Source: Trypanosoma brucei
Taxonomy: Eukaryota
DNA length: 64,000 nucleotides
Reading direction: 5' to 3'
NCBI GenBank assembly: GCA_000002445.1
Contig: CM000207.1
Location: 2,560,001 to 2,624,000 of the forward strand
This document shows, one piece after another, positions 12,191 through 25,650 of the stretch (the stretch's first letter is position 1; the number at the start of each line of letters is the position of its first letter). Position numbers and translations under genes: made by a program. The notes beneath the pieces are model-generated. The model was not told the origin of the DNA and made no database searches. It saw only the letters and a program-made list of their open reading frames with translations.

Positions 12191-12329
12191 TGATGTGCAA
12201 ATTTTAAAAACACAAAATTATAAAATTATGGTTTCAAATTGGTCCATGGTCGTATCGTACTAATTTTATAAGAATATTAAAAGATTTATAGTGTAATTTG
12301 CTTTATTTTTCTTATTTTATGAACGTTAG

Positions 12330-12420
12330 TTAGGGTTATAATGGTGAGAGTAATAATGATAAAGATAGAGAGTGTTTTAAGTGTGTAAATACGAATATTA
12401 TAATAAAAGTGGTGGTGAAG
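12330..12420 (+). repeat. VSG 70-bp repeat, about 1 unit
   Basis: taataatgataaagatagagagtgttttaagtgtgtaaatacgaatattataataaaag. Confidence 0.8.
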
Positions 12421-14177
12421 AATAAATGAACAGAAGAAGTGAACCTCCTCAAAAATGGCAAAGGTACAATAAAAGTAAGTGAATTGATGTGAGGGTGAGA
12501 AAGAGAGAAAAACTGGAAAGAGAAAACAAGGAGTTTTATTAAAAGAATGGGGAGCGAAAGAGATAAATGAGGAAGTGAGGAAAGGGAAAAAGAACGATGG
12601 AATATACTGAGTTTTAAACACAATCATATTGATTGGCATGATTATACAAAGGGGTATGGAAAGTGAAATGAGGGAGAGAGTATGTGTACCGTGGAGAAAA
12701 CAAATATAGTTTCTACGTTATATGCAGGAACAGTGAGAGAAGAGAAAATATAAGAAAAGAAGATGAGGAGTGAAAGAACTGGAGGAGCTGTAGAGTAGCA
12801 CAGAGGTTAATAATACAAGAATATGTTGCGCTCCTCATTCCCAGACAAATATGGGCTGGTGCTGCTGTGCATATGGTTAAGATTGTAGTTTGTCATCTGA
12901 TTTCAGATCCTAATGTCTACCTATCAATAACAAATAGGTGAAAGGGATTGGATAAATGTGATGTAATGTTAAAGTTTTCTTATCATTTTTACTAGTAAAA
13001 GCCAACATTAGAGTCAGAAACAATATGGTATTTTTCGGAGGAAGATTTTAATACTGAGATTACAAATCTATTTCTGTGGAAAGCAAAAGAATTATTAAAA
13101 TCGGTAAATGTTTAAAAAAGTATGTATGAATCAACCGGGATGCTTTATTGAAGTGAAGAGAATTAATAGTGATACTCTTTCATTTCCATATTGATGTGCT
13201 TTTCAGACATGGAGACTTCTCAAAGAGAAAATAATTAGTATAAAAGTGGTCTCTGAGCAAAACTAACGGGTTGTATTGACGATTATAAGGCAGCGATGAA
13301 GTTACATTCGGGAAGAAAAGCACTGACTATTAAGCATCTGACAGAGTTATTTACGCAAAAAGCGTGGCTAAAACACAAAGCCAATCTTATTCACGAACAA
13401 CAAAAACGCCTCCTTGTTATAGCACCACCATTTAATGGAAGATTTCCGACAGTAGCGTGTGACAAAAAACATAAGATTCAAATTTTTAGGCATAGAGATG
13501 TGTGAAGTTTTCTTACTTGTAACAGAGGCTCAGACTCGCGGCGGCACAGAGTATATTCAATATATATATATATAGGGAACGATGAAGACGATCAAGACGG
13601 AAATATCAGACTTCCTTGTGAAAAAATAGGAAATCAAAACTATAACGGTGTTTGTATTTACAAATTTTTATAAACGTCAAAAACACTCGCAACACGATTG
13701 AAAAAGCGGAGGTGGGAAGCCGGAAAGATTAATTTAAATAAACTGAACGCAGGGCTAGAACCATCGATTCAAGCGCTCACGACAGACAAAATCTCAATAG
13801 AAAAATTTGCGGTTACTTAGCACCATGCCGCCGTGAGCAGATGAACCGTTCCTAATTTACGAGTGTAGCCTTGCCACCGCCGAACAGATCGCAGTAGGAA
13901 ATAAGCGGTAGACAGTCACAGCGCAGGCGGGACCAACGCCAACCCAGGCGATATTTAATCGCAAGGTTAGGCAAACACACACCCTGCAAGTCAACAAAAC
14001 TCCTCATATTTGTCATCTCTTCGTGAATTTTACTGATTACTTTTGTAAATGAGCGGCAAAGATTTTGTTGTAAAAACTAAGCTGCTTTAGGCAGGGTTCC
14101 TGCAATAGCACAGGGAACTGAAGAGATTTATAAGATTATAGCGGTTACAGAAACGCGATACACAAATTAATCAACCC

Positions 14178-15728
14178 ATGTCCGCCGGAACCGTCGTTTT
14201 AATCTACATACTTCTAATAACTGCGTCACAAACGCGAACGACGTCAGCTGCAGAAAGCATCGGTCTGAAAAACACGGTGCGGCAACCCATTTGCAAGCTA
14301 TCAGAAGAACTAGCAACTCTTCCAGGGTTTGCACTTGACCAAGCGGTGCAGGCGCTCAAAGCTGCACAAACCTTCGACGTGGCTTCAAAGCGGGCGGCCA
14401 TAGACGCAGCGATCAACATAGGGACACCTATAGCCGAAAAGACGACCCTTTTAAAAGATTATTACGCCAGGCTAGCGGAAAGGGCATATAGCAAACTGCT
14501 AGCAACAGGCGTAAAAACGCAATTCACAGCCGCGGCGAAAACAGCTTACCTGAAAGGAAGACTGGACGACTATCTAGCGCTGCTTGCGCAGTCGACGGCA
14601 ACATCAAACAATGCTTGCTTACTGCCCGGCACAACCAACAGCGACGCAGCCACTTACACACACGGGAAAACAATTGGGGAAGCCGCGTGCAAGCTAACGG
14701 CGCCAGATCTAGCCACAAAAACCAGCACGACAACAGAGCTAACAAAGGACGGATACAAAAACCTAATTGAGGGAGCGCCGGCAGGCGACAAGCACCAACC
14801 GGTCGCTGGCGGCAACGGCAACAAGTGCAAACTGCTAAGCGGGACCACCAGCGGCTATGCAAATGGAATCAGTCTAGCAGGCCAGCCGAAAGTTATGGCC
14901 GGTTATATCACGATACCAACCACGGCAACAGGGATAACGCTAGAAACACAAACGACACTCAAGGACTCAAACAGTGCCGCCACCGCACCGTGGTATGAAG
15001 CCTTCGAAGCAACAAACGCATTAACCACAGCGACCGCCGTAGAATTCCGCAACGAGACTGGTGACTTACACAGCAAAACGGCGCTTAAGGAAACTGTAAA
15101 AGCGCTCTTTCTAGCAGACCCCAAAGCAACTGACACTGACATAACAACGGCGATAGCCAAGATATTTGGTGATAAAAGCGACGACAAGTGCACAGAACTT
15201 GAAAATGCGATAGACAACACATAAATCCCAGGGACAGTAACGAAACAATAAGATACGACGAGACTCAGCTCTATAACAAGCGTGGCAACGCTAAGCGGTA
15301 TTCTTAGTCATTACGACCTAAAAATATCCCAAAACCTGGCAGACATAAGAAAAAAATTGGCGATCCTAAACAAAAAGAAACAAGAAAAAAAACGGCAGAC
15401 TGCGAACAGATAGAAAAAGTAGCGGAATGCAAAGGAAAGAAACCACTATGCAAATGGACTAAAGAAACTGAGGAAACAGGAAAACGCTGCAAATTGAATA
15501 AAACCAAAGTAGAACAAGAAATTCCAGAAGGAACTGGAGCTCAAACTGGTAAAAAGTGCTTTGATCACACAAAAAAAAAGGATTGTGAAGCTGAGAATAC
15601 GGGACTGACCATAGGTTCTCATAATAAATGTGGCTGTATCAGAGGCAAGTGAAAGTATTCCAGTTTCCTGATCAACAAGCAATTCGCCCTGATGGCTGCT
15701 GCTTTTATGAGTTTGGTAATTTTTTGAA
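14178..15728 (+). pseudogene. VSG with an in-frame stop after the N-terminal domain and stops in the C-terminal domain
   Basis: Signal MSAGTVVLIYILLITASQTRTTSAAE. The N-terminal ORF runs to 15224. The C-terminal region 15340-15728 encodes ...ECKGKKPLCKWTKETEETGKRCKLNK...KKCFDHTKKKDCEAEN...CGCIRGK*KYSSFLINKQFALMAAAFMSLVIF* with internal stops. Confidence 0.8.
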
Positions 15729-15815
15729 GATTTCTTGCTCAACTTTATTATGTCTCATGAATTTTTTCCTCTTAAGAGAGAGTATTTGTAAGAATTTTCT
15801 GAAGTTTATGAAATG

Positions 15816-15831
15816 TGATATACTTTAACAC
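15816..15831 (+). promoter_or_regulatory. VSG 3'UTR 16-mer variant
   Basis: tgatatactttaacac. Confidence 0.75.
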
Positions 15832-15939
15832 TTTTCAATTGAAATATAAAAATTAGTTAAAAAATGAAAAATATGAAAACTTGGTATGTCTATGATCTAT
15901 AGGTGTGACGTATTATGGTGACAAGGTATAGACCGTGAG

Positions 15940-16090
15940 TGCACTTATAATATGGTTGACTGTGTTAGTTCTATAGGTATTAGTTATGGTTATAATAGTA
16001 AAAACATTGATAGTTGCAATGATAGTACTGATATTAGGGTGCTATCAGTCTGTATCTACTAATATTGTAATAACAGTTTGGATGAAGACT
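15940..16090 (+). repeat. Degenerate 70-bp-repeat-like sequence
   Basis: ...gtctgtatctactaatattgtaataacag... and gttatggttataatagtaaaaacattgatag resemble the repeat core. Weak match. Confidence 0.4.
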
Positions 16091-17269
16091 AAATGAAAAG
16101 CGGAATAAAAGCACTTAACCCCATTGTAATGGTTGTATGTAGTGAGTAAGTGAGAGAGAATGGCTGGGAGTCACGATAAATAATATTGTGAAACAAATGG
16201 AAAAGGGGGAGCAGATTATAAGCAATCTCAAGCACAGAAGTGAGTAATGGCACTTACATTGCAGAATAAGGAGGTTGCATTCATTCACAGACATAATACA
16301 GCGACTGCAACATATGTATCTTTACTTATGAACATGGCGATAACAAAAGGAGATGTTTCTGTCTAAAGAAAAAGGGAAAAAAGCACGAAAAGAAAAAGAA
16401 ACTGCACATATGAACTCATGGAGGATCTTTGATAAGTAAAGGGAACCAATGGAAAAACGCTGAAAATTCGGTATTGGCATACTGGAGATACCCTAAGACC
16501 TTCTAAGGAACGAGCAGTCGATATGATAGCGGTTTATAAAATGCAGGCAACAACGCGTATTAACCAAGAAAGAGGTTACAAGGAGGTCAATTTTGGGAGC
16601 CCAGATGTACAACTCTTATGTGGAAGCTCCACAAACAGAAACACGAGGGTCGAAATCACAAACCAAAAGTTAATCACATATAGGATAAGTAGAAGATTAA
16701 CCTGGTCATTCCAGGCCAAACTGACACTTCCAAAATGTCAGATGACAGAGAGCAATGACGACAAAAGAGTTCAAAGTTTTATATATAAAAGATAATAACC
16801 TGTTATTGTCTGTGTGGAAACTGCATCTTAACTAAATGTTTTTTACGCCACTGTTTAGCAGATACGATGAATTAAAATTTTCCCTTTTCCCCACTACACA
16901 TTGCATTAATAAACAAGAAAAAACAGACACACATAACTGTAAATCGTGTGGCCGTTGTCTCTGCAGCGTCTGTTGCTAATATAAAAAGAAAACAACCAAA
17001 AATAGGTGGATAAGTTCAGCCAATAGTTCATGGTTCCAATATAAAAAATATCCACTCGAACCGTGGTGACGTCGGAGTACTGTGGCTATCAATATGTGAC
17101 TATGGAAGCTAAGATAAACTTTGTTGAAATTCAACACCGTTTCCTGCCGCTTCAGCTAATACTTAAACAACAAATGCTTCTTGTCCAAAATAATTTAGCT
17201 AAACAGCGAACCGACTGGTACAATGACAATGAAGGACGGGAAAGCCTAAGGACGCGATACACAATAGGG

Positions 17270-18760
17270 ATGCTGTGTGCTTCGGCATTACTTTACAGCA
17301 GACACGTGGAAGCAGCTGCAGGAGATGCGGTGAAGCACGACAACGTGAAGGCGATATGCGACGTAGCTGCCGATGGGCAGAAACTAATGGCGACGCTGCT
17401 GAAAAACATGCAAGACCTCGGGAGAGAAGCCAGAATTGCGCAGCTGCGGTCACTGCGGCTGCAGGTGTACGACGCTGCAACGAATCAAGGGCAAACGCCA
17501 AAGCACACCACGGCGGTATGGTCCATGCTAACTGAACAGATCGAACGAGCGAGCACCATAGTAGCTGGAACAGCAGCTGCAACGGCAATTAAAGGAGCAA
17601 GGGATGTCGGCCGACTCCAAGGAGCGATCACAGAGTTCCTGGAGACCCAAGCTGACGCATCCGCCGCTACCAAAGGATGCTTACAGGCGTCGAATGGTGG
17701 AACAAACATCATCAACGATAAAACACAGCTGTACTCAACGTACGCAAACTGTAAACTCGACTTGGCGGAACCGACGGCAGGAGCCACAGCTCTGACGGTG
17801 ATCACTAAAACAGGGATACAAGGCAAACTCAGAAACGGCCTTAGCCACGGCGCCACAACAGACTCTAGCGCGAATACGGACTGCGACGCTGGAATGGGAA
17901 CAGGAACGTACAAACTCACCTATGGCACCACAGGGCACAGCGTAACGGGTCATGTTCCAAAGCTAGCAGGTGGCCTATTGACAGTAGACACCAACGGGTT
18001 CACGGTGCCGGAGCTCGCCACAAAAGTAGCCGCATCAACTGCGACCGAGTATCTAGGGGCAGCGGTGACAGCGGCAGAGAACCTAACTCCGTTCATCGAA
18101 AGCGCAGACATAAACACAATAGGAACTCTGAAATACGCGGCCATATTCAAAGACAGCGCACGCCACTATTTCCTAAACAAAAGCAAGACAGAAGCACAAG
18201 AGGACAACAGTCTGCCCAGCCTAATAGAAGCAGCCTTCGACGATGACGCTGGGGTTAAGAAAGACATGTACGAAACCGCCAGTAACTACCCAATCCCTGA
18301 GGAACTGAGACCTAGTGTTGCAGAAGACTAACTCGGGAAGATAAACGATGCCCACAACCTTATGCGGCTGTACTTTCACTTCAAGAACAGCAACACTAAA
18401 ACTCTGCTGGACAAGATTAAAAAACTGCAGGATGCAGAAAATTTAAAAAAAGAAACCCCAAATCAGAATAAAACAAGAAATAATGTAATACCAAGGGGAA
18501 GGACAAAAAAGAAGATTGTGAAAAACTAGCTGAAGAAGGATGCGTTTTTAACCCAAAATGCGAAAAGGAAAAAAGTGCACATTGAGTGAAGAATGCAAAC
18601 AGAAAGTACAAAAAGAGGAGCCTCAGCTGCTACAACAGAGAAATGCAAAGGAAAATTGAAAACCGACTGCACCAAGGCCCCTGGTCGCAAAAAGGGAAGG
18701 AAAATATGAAAAAAACTCCGTTTCGTCAATAAGAAATTGGCTCTAATGGTTTCTTTTTCT
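17270..18760 (+). pseudogene. VSG with an intact N-terminal domain and a multiply frameshifted C-terminal domain
   Basis: MLCASALLYSRHVEAAAGDAVKHDNVKAICDVAADGQK... is open to 18331. The 3' part carries frameshifted ...KKCTLSEECKQKVQKEEPQLLQQRNAKEN... and ...VNKKLALMVSFSLVFYF pieces. Confidence 0.75.
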
Positions 18761-18837
18761 CTAGTTTTTTATTTTAAGGATTATAAAATTTAAAAGGTTT
18801 TTTCTCCATTTATAAAATTATAGAATTTACTAAAATT

Positions 18838-18853
18838 TTATATATTTTAACAC
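18838..18853 (+). promoter_or_regulatory. VSG 3'UTR 16-mer variant
   Basis: ttatatattttaacac. Confidence 0.7.
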
Positions 18854-19023
18854 TATTATAAGACTTTTGAGAAATCTGTAATTTTTGAAAAATATAAAAA
18901 CATGAAAAATTTTGTATGAAAGCGGGATAATGGTGTAAAATATTATATGGATTTTTATTAAAAAACTAGTGGTATTATGAAAATTCTAGATTTTGTTTAT
19001 TTAATTTGATATAATAGTAATTT

Positions 19024-19095
19024 CAATAATAATAATAAAAATGAAATGAGAGTGTTATGAGTGTGCATATACTAATATTAAAATAAGAGTAGTGT
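19024..19095 (+). repeat. VSG 70-bp repeat, about 1 unit
   Basis: aataataataataaaaatgaaatgagagtgttatgagtgtgcatatactaatattaaaataagag. Confidence 0.8.
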
Positions 19096-20726
19096 ACCTT
19101 TATCACAGTAAATGCAAAAGAGTAGAAATTAAACGAACTGCAACTGAGGAGTGAGTGCGTGGAAGTAAGTGGGAGAGAACTAGAAATATTGTTAAAGGAA
19201 AAGTATAGAGGGGGCGAAATATGTACATGCTCAAAAAAAACATAACTATGGGTGCCATCATACACAAGGAGGTGATAAATGGGAAAGTGTAGAAAAGTAA
19301 AGAGTCAAGTGGACAGGCCAAAGGTGTTACCGAAGAAAATACAAAGGAGGAGTGAAAGTTGGAACTGGCTAAAACCACCATCGCCAAAATGTTTTTAAAA
19401 ACTATTTGAATAATACATTTTTTTCGCTCAAAGCACTGTTATGAATAAAAAGCAATCTAATATAGAGAATGCAGCCGACTACAGCTGTAGGAGCGATCTA
19501 AAAGTACTTCACTCATAAAAAGTAAAAAATTGGATATTCAGCAATAAGGAAAGCGGCTGATGAGTGAGGAAACTTTCTAAAGCGATAATAGTAGCATCAA
19601 ATTTAGAGAGAGTAGCAGAAACCGGAAGCACGCATCGGAATCAAAAAAGACAGAACTGAAACTGTTATTACATCACAAGATAGTGTAGGACTAGACAGCA
19701 TTAGCAGCCCCTATACCCATATAAATTGTAAAACTTATTAAGAGAAGACAATGTTTTCGATGCTTTTTGGATATAAGCATGTAAATATTTTTTAAAACCT
19801 CAAAGGGTAAATTTAAAAGATTATGTACGAATTTACTAACAGCAGTATAATTGAATCTAAATTAAAAAACATATACAAACAAATAGCTGACACTTTGCAT
19901 AAACATTTACTCAAATTAAAGCTTTCTGTATTGTCATGTTTAAGAGAGAACAATGGTAGTGAAGGGAATGGAACTGAGAGAAGCGTCTAGGATGTGCTTG
20001 AAATCCACTGGGCGCAGTAAAAGAGTTACCGAAACTTATTATTTAACATAAAACTGCCGATATTTTTAGTTGAAAGAGCAGCAAGGCAAGCATCTATGTT
20101 CGCCCTGAATTTGTAGGAGAGTTCAAAAAGGGATATAGCATGAGAAGTCAAAAGAAGACAAAGAAAAACTTCCGATCATGCCAGCAAACAACCTAAATAT
20201 TATCCAACTCAAAACAAATGAGCCAGAGCAGCTCGTAACCAAACCAATGCTAGGAGACACAATTACAAAGCTCGTTCATTGAGGCCAGAAAAAGCATTAC
20301 AGTGGAAACCCCGGAGTAAGCATGGGATATTCTGACATGGTCAAACAATTCGAAGCGCACAAACTACTACAACCTGCAGCGTCATCCTTAACGATCCAAT
20401 TGGCTTCGTGGAAATGTCATGCAAGCAGATTTCCTGGTAGGACCGGACGTAAGCAGCGTGTAAAACAATGTCATATTTAGCATAACCAGGTATAACATCC
20501 GATGCAGTCTATTATAAGCAGTTTTTAAAAAAAATGTTTGTAGTGGAAAGTCTATAAAATCCCCGAAAAAAATGCACAATTATGTATAACACCAGAGCGC
20601 AGGCCACCATCGAACGCCCACTGTCAACAGCTGTATAGACAGCTGTTCCGCAAGCCAACCCCAACAGAAAACCCGTACAGTGACGCCACATGAAACTTAT
20701 TGTATACGAACTAGCAAAAAATAGGA

Positions 20727-22150
20727 ATGAAGATCGTACATGTATGCATACATCTTCTACTCGCAACAGCCATAAGCGCTCAAGGATCAATCCATGACGC
20801 AACAGACACCCCTAAAACAGCCTGCCAAGCGAAGGCACAGCTCAAAGCCATGGCTACAAAGTTGGAAGGAGCAGTCAAGACACAAGCTGACCAGATCGCT
20901 GCGGCTTTGCCAAAGTTTTTGCAGCTCTATGCAGCAGCCAGCACCGAAGTACTAACTGGAACCCAGAAACTCATGCTACTGCTGCCAGCCGCCGCAGCAA
21001 ATTTACAAGCAGCTTCAAACAATCTACAGCAATCCCAGACGACGATTCTAGAAGCATCTAGAGCCCTAACAGAACTGGCAGGAGTGCAACAAATGGTAGC
21101 CGAGGCAGGCGCAAGGGAAATAAACGGAAAAAACGCGGCCGTGGCAGCAACTTGGATAGGCGCCGCCGGTATGCAAATAAAGCTGAAAGATCTCAGCGGA
21201 AAACATCCGGAGTGCACTGAGCCATCTCCAAGCACATCAGGTCCCAAGCAGCCGAAAACACTAGTACACAGCACCTATCCAATAACGGTTATACACCTAG
21301 CAGCGGCAGACGACATACAGGCAGGCCAAAACGGTAACGGGCCACGAATCTGCGGACACTCAAGCACAACCCCGGCTCTACAGTGTCAGCTTGACGCACA
21401 AACCAACACAGGCAACCTTCTGCTAACGCCAGGCAAGCTGACAAAGCCATTACAAGCAAACTACCAGCCAGCATCACCGTCAGAAAAGGCGTACAAAGCA
21501 GCGCCAGCAAGAGCAGCCGGCCTGATGCCTCCGCAAAAAACAGTAGAGGAATTGCTAGCCACCCTGCACACAGCAGAAGCTGCAGCAGCGACGCTAACAT
21601 TTAAAGCAAGCGATATTGACCCAGCGCAACTCATTAACGACGCGGAGACGGATCAAGCCCTACTTCAAATACTAAAACCCGGCGAAAAACGGAGCAAAAT
21701 AGGAGACTACACATAGCAAATAAACGAACTCAAAAAAAACTATACGCAACCGACCAAAGTGACAACGCTGAAAAACTCAATAAGGCTTTAGAGTTGACAA
21801 AGACGACGGCGGAAAGCAGTAGCGAGCACAAAACTGAGGCCTTAAATGCTGTAACAGACTTCACTCAACTGGCCGCCTCAACAACACACAATATGTTGGC
21901 CGCAACGAAAAAAAACGCAGCAAGCGAAAAAAGTACACCAAAGAAGAACGAGTATAGCTGCGATGAAAAAGAAAAGGACAAATGCGAAGGCGATTGTCAA
22001 TGGGATAAAAAAGAGGGAAAGTGCAAACCCAAAAGTGGAGAAGAGGAAGTGAAAGCAGGGGATGATGGAAAAACAAACACAAACACCACAGAAAGCAATT
22101 CGTTTCTTATTACCAAGGACCATCTATTGCTTGCATTTTTGCTTTTCTAA
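20727..22150 (+). pseudogene. VSG with a stop separating the N- and C-terminal domains
   Basis: Signal MKIVHVCIHLLLATAISAQG. ORF 20727..21716 ends with a stop. The C-terminal-domain ORF 21794..22150 reads ...CDEKEKDKCEGDCQWDKKEGKCKPKSGEEE...SFLITKDHLLLAFLLF*. Confidence 0.8.
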
Positions 22151-22193
22151 ACAAATTTTCCCCCTCAACTTTCTTAAAGAATTATTGCTACTG

Positions 22194-22209
22194 TGATATA
22201 TTTTAACAC
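22194..22209 (+). promoter_or_regulatory. VSG 3'UTR 16-mer
   Basis: tgatatattttaacac. Confidence 0.85.
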
Positions 22210-22359
22210 CTAAAATCGACCGAGAAATTGTTATTGTTGGCTTCCTGCGCGTGTAAATTTTTTTGTTTCTAAATATTTTTCTCTTTTTTTCTGTTTTTTG
22301 TCTAGCAAAAAAAAGGTAAGAAGGAGGTTATGGAGGGTTTTCCTTGCTCAGAATCAGTC

Positions 22360-22400
22360 TTAGGGGTATGGTTATTTGGGCTAGGGTTAATTTTCCTCTA
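22360..22400 (+). repeat. Degenerate telomere-like (TTAGGG) tract
   Basis: cttaggggtatggttatttgggctagggttaattttcctc. It shares the ending GGGTTAGGGTTAATTTTCCTC with the tract at 11193. Confidence 0.7.
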
Positions 22401-23054
22401 ACTGTTTTTTTTATTTTTTTATTTTTTTATTTAATTGTTTTTTGTTTTTTCTTTTTTTCACTTTTTTTTACAATACGTTGCTAATTTTTTAATTTTTTAA
22501 AAGTGATGCGTACGTCGTTTATCTCCATTTATATGAAATCAATTGAAAATAGCGTTATTTGTTATTTTCTAACAAGTCAATATTTTGTTTTTTGCATTTG
22601 TTTCAGGAAGATTCAAAAAACCTAACATTGTAAAATGTACCATAAAAAACGAAAGTGAAATAAAACGCATTATGCTTCTGAGTTTGATCTTATTACAAAT
22701 TTTGGGTATTCATTGTACATTTTTTAATTACATCACAAACTTGTTGAAAAATAAAATTTAAGCTGCCATATCTATCGGTTACTAAACGTTTCTGTGGTTT
22801 TCAAACACCTTCGTCACAACTTGCATATATGGCTTCCATAAAACTGTGATGATTTAAGTCTACTGAGAAACTGTATAGAAGAATCACCGGTAAATCTATG
22901 ATCTAAGCAGCGCTCAGTAGCTGTTCGTAACATTAAAGATAACAATTAATCTGTTTCCGATTGTACACAAAAAGGTCAAGAACAGGCAAAACATGGTATC
23001 AGCGGCTGTAGTAGCTTTTTTTAACGCTTCCGACAGCCAGATCAGTGAACACTA

Positions 23055-24431
23055 ATGCTCGGGCCTTTTCAGTTTTTTTTCGAAACCTACAGGATTACTT
23101 TGAAACAAGTAACAAAAGAGGTGTTCAGCGATCTACCGCAAAAGCCTTTAACAGAAGAACTAAACGACTTGCAAATGGTAACTTTACAGGGCAAAAATTT
23201 CACAAACGCAACGCACGGCGAGTTCTCAACACCAATTGCCTGGGCCAAGAAAAAAAGCGAACTCTTAAGAGCAAAACCTGGCACACCCACACACAAACAG
23301 CTAAAACGTTACAGCGAAACGAAGCTAACAGCGGTCATAAACGACAGGATTATGCCCCTACAACAAGAAGCCAAAACAGTATCAGACAAATATGACAAGG
23401 CCAACAGCGACGTAAACCAAGCAGTGATCGATGCCAACACGTTCCTGAAAGCAGCCCGCAACGGCGCAAACGATACAGCAGACGACGCACAAGCCGCATT
23501 CGACACGAGGGACAAAGCATGCGCAACGGCAGACGGCAGCTCAGCGGGCAAATCGATAGTGTCGGACGTAGCATGCCCCTGCAGCGGAACCGGTGCATCA
23601 AACCTATGCTACAACGGCAACAGCAATACAGACTACGCCAGCGGTGCTACGGCAGCAGAGGCGCTAACAGCATGGTGTGCAGTAAAAGCGACATGCAAAG
23701 CGCAGGGGCAACAGCAGGTCCCAACGGGCGCCCAAATCACCGCAACTATTTCGGCACTCGAAAGACACCTTGGAGCGGACGCCACGGGCGTCGATGCCAC
23801 GACAATACTCGGAGGCGGGACTTCAGCTAACTGCAACGGTGGAACGGGCGTGGCAAACGCGTGCGTCGACTACAAGAAACGGATGTCAGGGCACGGCATA
23901 GCTGGGATCCCATGGGTTCAGAATTTGCTGCAAGCAGCGCAAGCCTTACAAAGAGGCAGACAAGCGACTGCAGAGTTGAAAGAAAGTGCAGCCGCTATGA
24001 AATCGATCACAGCAAGTGCATGGAGACTACACGATATGCTAGCAGCCAACGAGATGATAAACACTGAAGCCAAGCAAGGAGAACAAAAAGTAAGTGATAA
24101 AAAAGTAGACGAGTGCATTTCAGCAGGAGACGACACCGCTAAATGCAATTCGGCCAAAGGAAAGGGATGTACTTTTAACGAAAAAGGAGAAGAGGGAGAA
24201 AAGTGTGAGTTGAAAAAGGAAGTAATAGAATCTCTAAAAGAAGAAAACCAAGAAGGCAAAGATGGGAAGAAAGAGGAGAAATGTGCAGGGAAGGAGCAAG
24301 GAGACTGCGAGAAAGCTACTTGCTGCAAATGTAAAAATAATGCTTGTAAAAATTCCAGTATTCTTGTAAATAATAAATTTACATTGAGTGATGCTGCCTA
24401 TATGGGTTTGGTGGCATTTTTAGAATTCTAA
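23055..24431 (+). CDS. VSG-like 458-aa ORF with an atypical N-terminus (no signal peptide) and an atypical C-terminal tail; possibly a 5'-truncated pseudogene
   Basis: An in-frame TGA lies 9 nt upstream of the ATG. MLGPFQFFFETYRITLKQ... is not a signal peptide. There is no 70-bp repeat upstream. The C-terminal domain ...CKCKNNACKNSSILVNNKFTLSDAAYMGLVAFLEF* has D and E residues within the hydrophobic tail. Confidence 0.6.
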   Translation: MLGPFQFFFETYRITLKQVTKEVFSDLPQKPLTEELNDLQMVTLQGKNFTNATHGEFSTPIAWAKKKSELLRAKPGTPTHKQLKRYSETKLTAVINDRIMPLQQEAKTVSDKYDKANSDVNQAVIDANTFLKAARNGANDTADDAQAAFDTRDKACATADGSSAGKSIVSDVACPCSGTGASNLCYNGNSNTDYASGATAAEALTAWCAVKATCKAQGQQQVPTGAQITATISALERHLGADATGVDATTILGGGTSANCNGGTGVANACVDYKKRMSGHGIAGIPWVQNLLQAAQALQRGRQATAELKESAAAMKSITASAWRLHDMLAANEMINTEAKQGEQKVSDKKVDECISAGDDTAKCNSAKGKGCTFNEKGEEGEKCELKKEVIESLKEENQEGKDGKKEEKCAGKEQGDCEKATCCKCKNNACKNSSILVNNKFTLSDAAYMGLVAFLEF

Positions 24432-24514
24432 AGAGTGTTGCACAGTCTTATAAAATTTATGAGCATTTACTATTTTTAGAAAAATTTCAAAAATTGCTAA
24501 ATCTTGCTATAATT

Positions 24515-24530
24515 TGATATATTTTAACTC
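24515..24530 (+). promoter_or_regulatory. VSG 3'UTR 16-mer variant
   Basis: tgatatattttaactc. Confidence 0.75.
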
Positions 24531-24689
24531 TTTTTGATGAGAATATGCAATTCAGTGAAATTTCGAGAATTTTAAAATGTATATATATATTAGGAAAATT
24601 TGTACGAAAGGAGCACATAGGGGTAACGTAATATAGTGATAGGGTACGAAATTTTTACTATTTTAAAATTATCTGTATTTTTTATTTTT

Positions 24690-24800
24690 TATGAATTTTA
24701 GGGGTTATAGTCGTGATAATAATAACAAAACAAAAACAATCATAGTAATATGGTAATTTTAATAATTATTATGGAATTGTGTTTTGGGTGTGTATCACTA
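24690..24800 (+). repeat. Degenerate 70-bp-repeat-like sequence
   Basis: gtgataataataacaaaacaaaaacaatcatagtaatatggtaattttaataattattatggaattgtgttttgggtgtgtatcactattgtgg. Confidence 0.45.
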
Positions 24801-25650
24801 TTGTGGAGACAGTGATTGAGAAGCAGGAGTAGCAGGTACTATGTGGGTAAAAGAAGCGGTTAAATTTTATTTGAACACTACTAGACGTATACAAAAAGTT
24901 GCAGATATTAACTCTGGATTAGCAGGAGCAGAAAAATTATCCACAGCTGAACGGAAGAGTAAACACTGATAAATTTATGAAGGTAATTAAGCTGCTTGAT
25001 TGTATCCGCCATACCTCAGTGGCTTTCGAGAAGAAGCCTAGTAGTGGCGCAGATTTAGCGACAAGCTTTTAATTGTAACCAAACATATGTAAGGAAAACA
25101 ACTCAACAATTAACTGAGCTGATTCTCAGAGACATGATTCTTTACCACTCATAGTTGCCAAATGCTGATGCATTCGCCATGACCAAAGGGGGAAAAAAGC
25201 TCGACATGCTTATGGCGATAAAGATGTAATGAAGCCACATTCAATAGGGAGGTATAGAATGACCAGCCTATTGTGGTGATTGATTTTTGAACTAATGGAT
25301 AAAATTTATAGTCACACTCCCAAAAAGGTTAGTTGAAGTAATCTACTTACTAATCATAGAAGGATGTATGTTAAGTATTCTAGTTACTAAAGGCTTTAAA
25401 ATAAATAACCCAACGGCACCAAAGAAAACAGTGGACTATCAGCAGGAAATAAACCACTCAACAAACACCAACGACTCAGGGTGACCAGTGTGCACTACCA
25501 CAGGACAGGCATTCGCATGACTAATATTGCTGCTGCGAAATTTGCAAAGAAGCGACACAATAGTGGCAACTAAGTCACGCAGTTTAACTTTCAAAAATAC
25601 ACCCCCTGACATGACCATAAGCAATAGAACAAGGCAAGAAAGAACCATAC

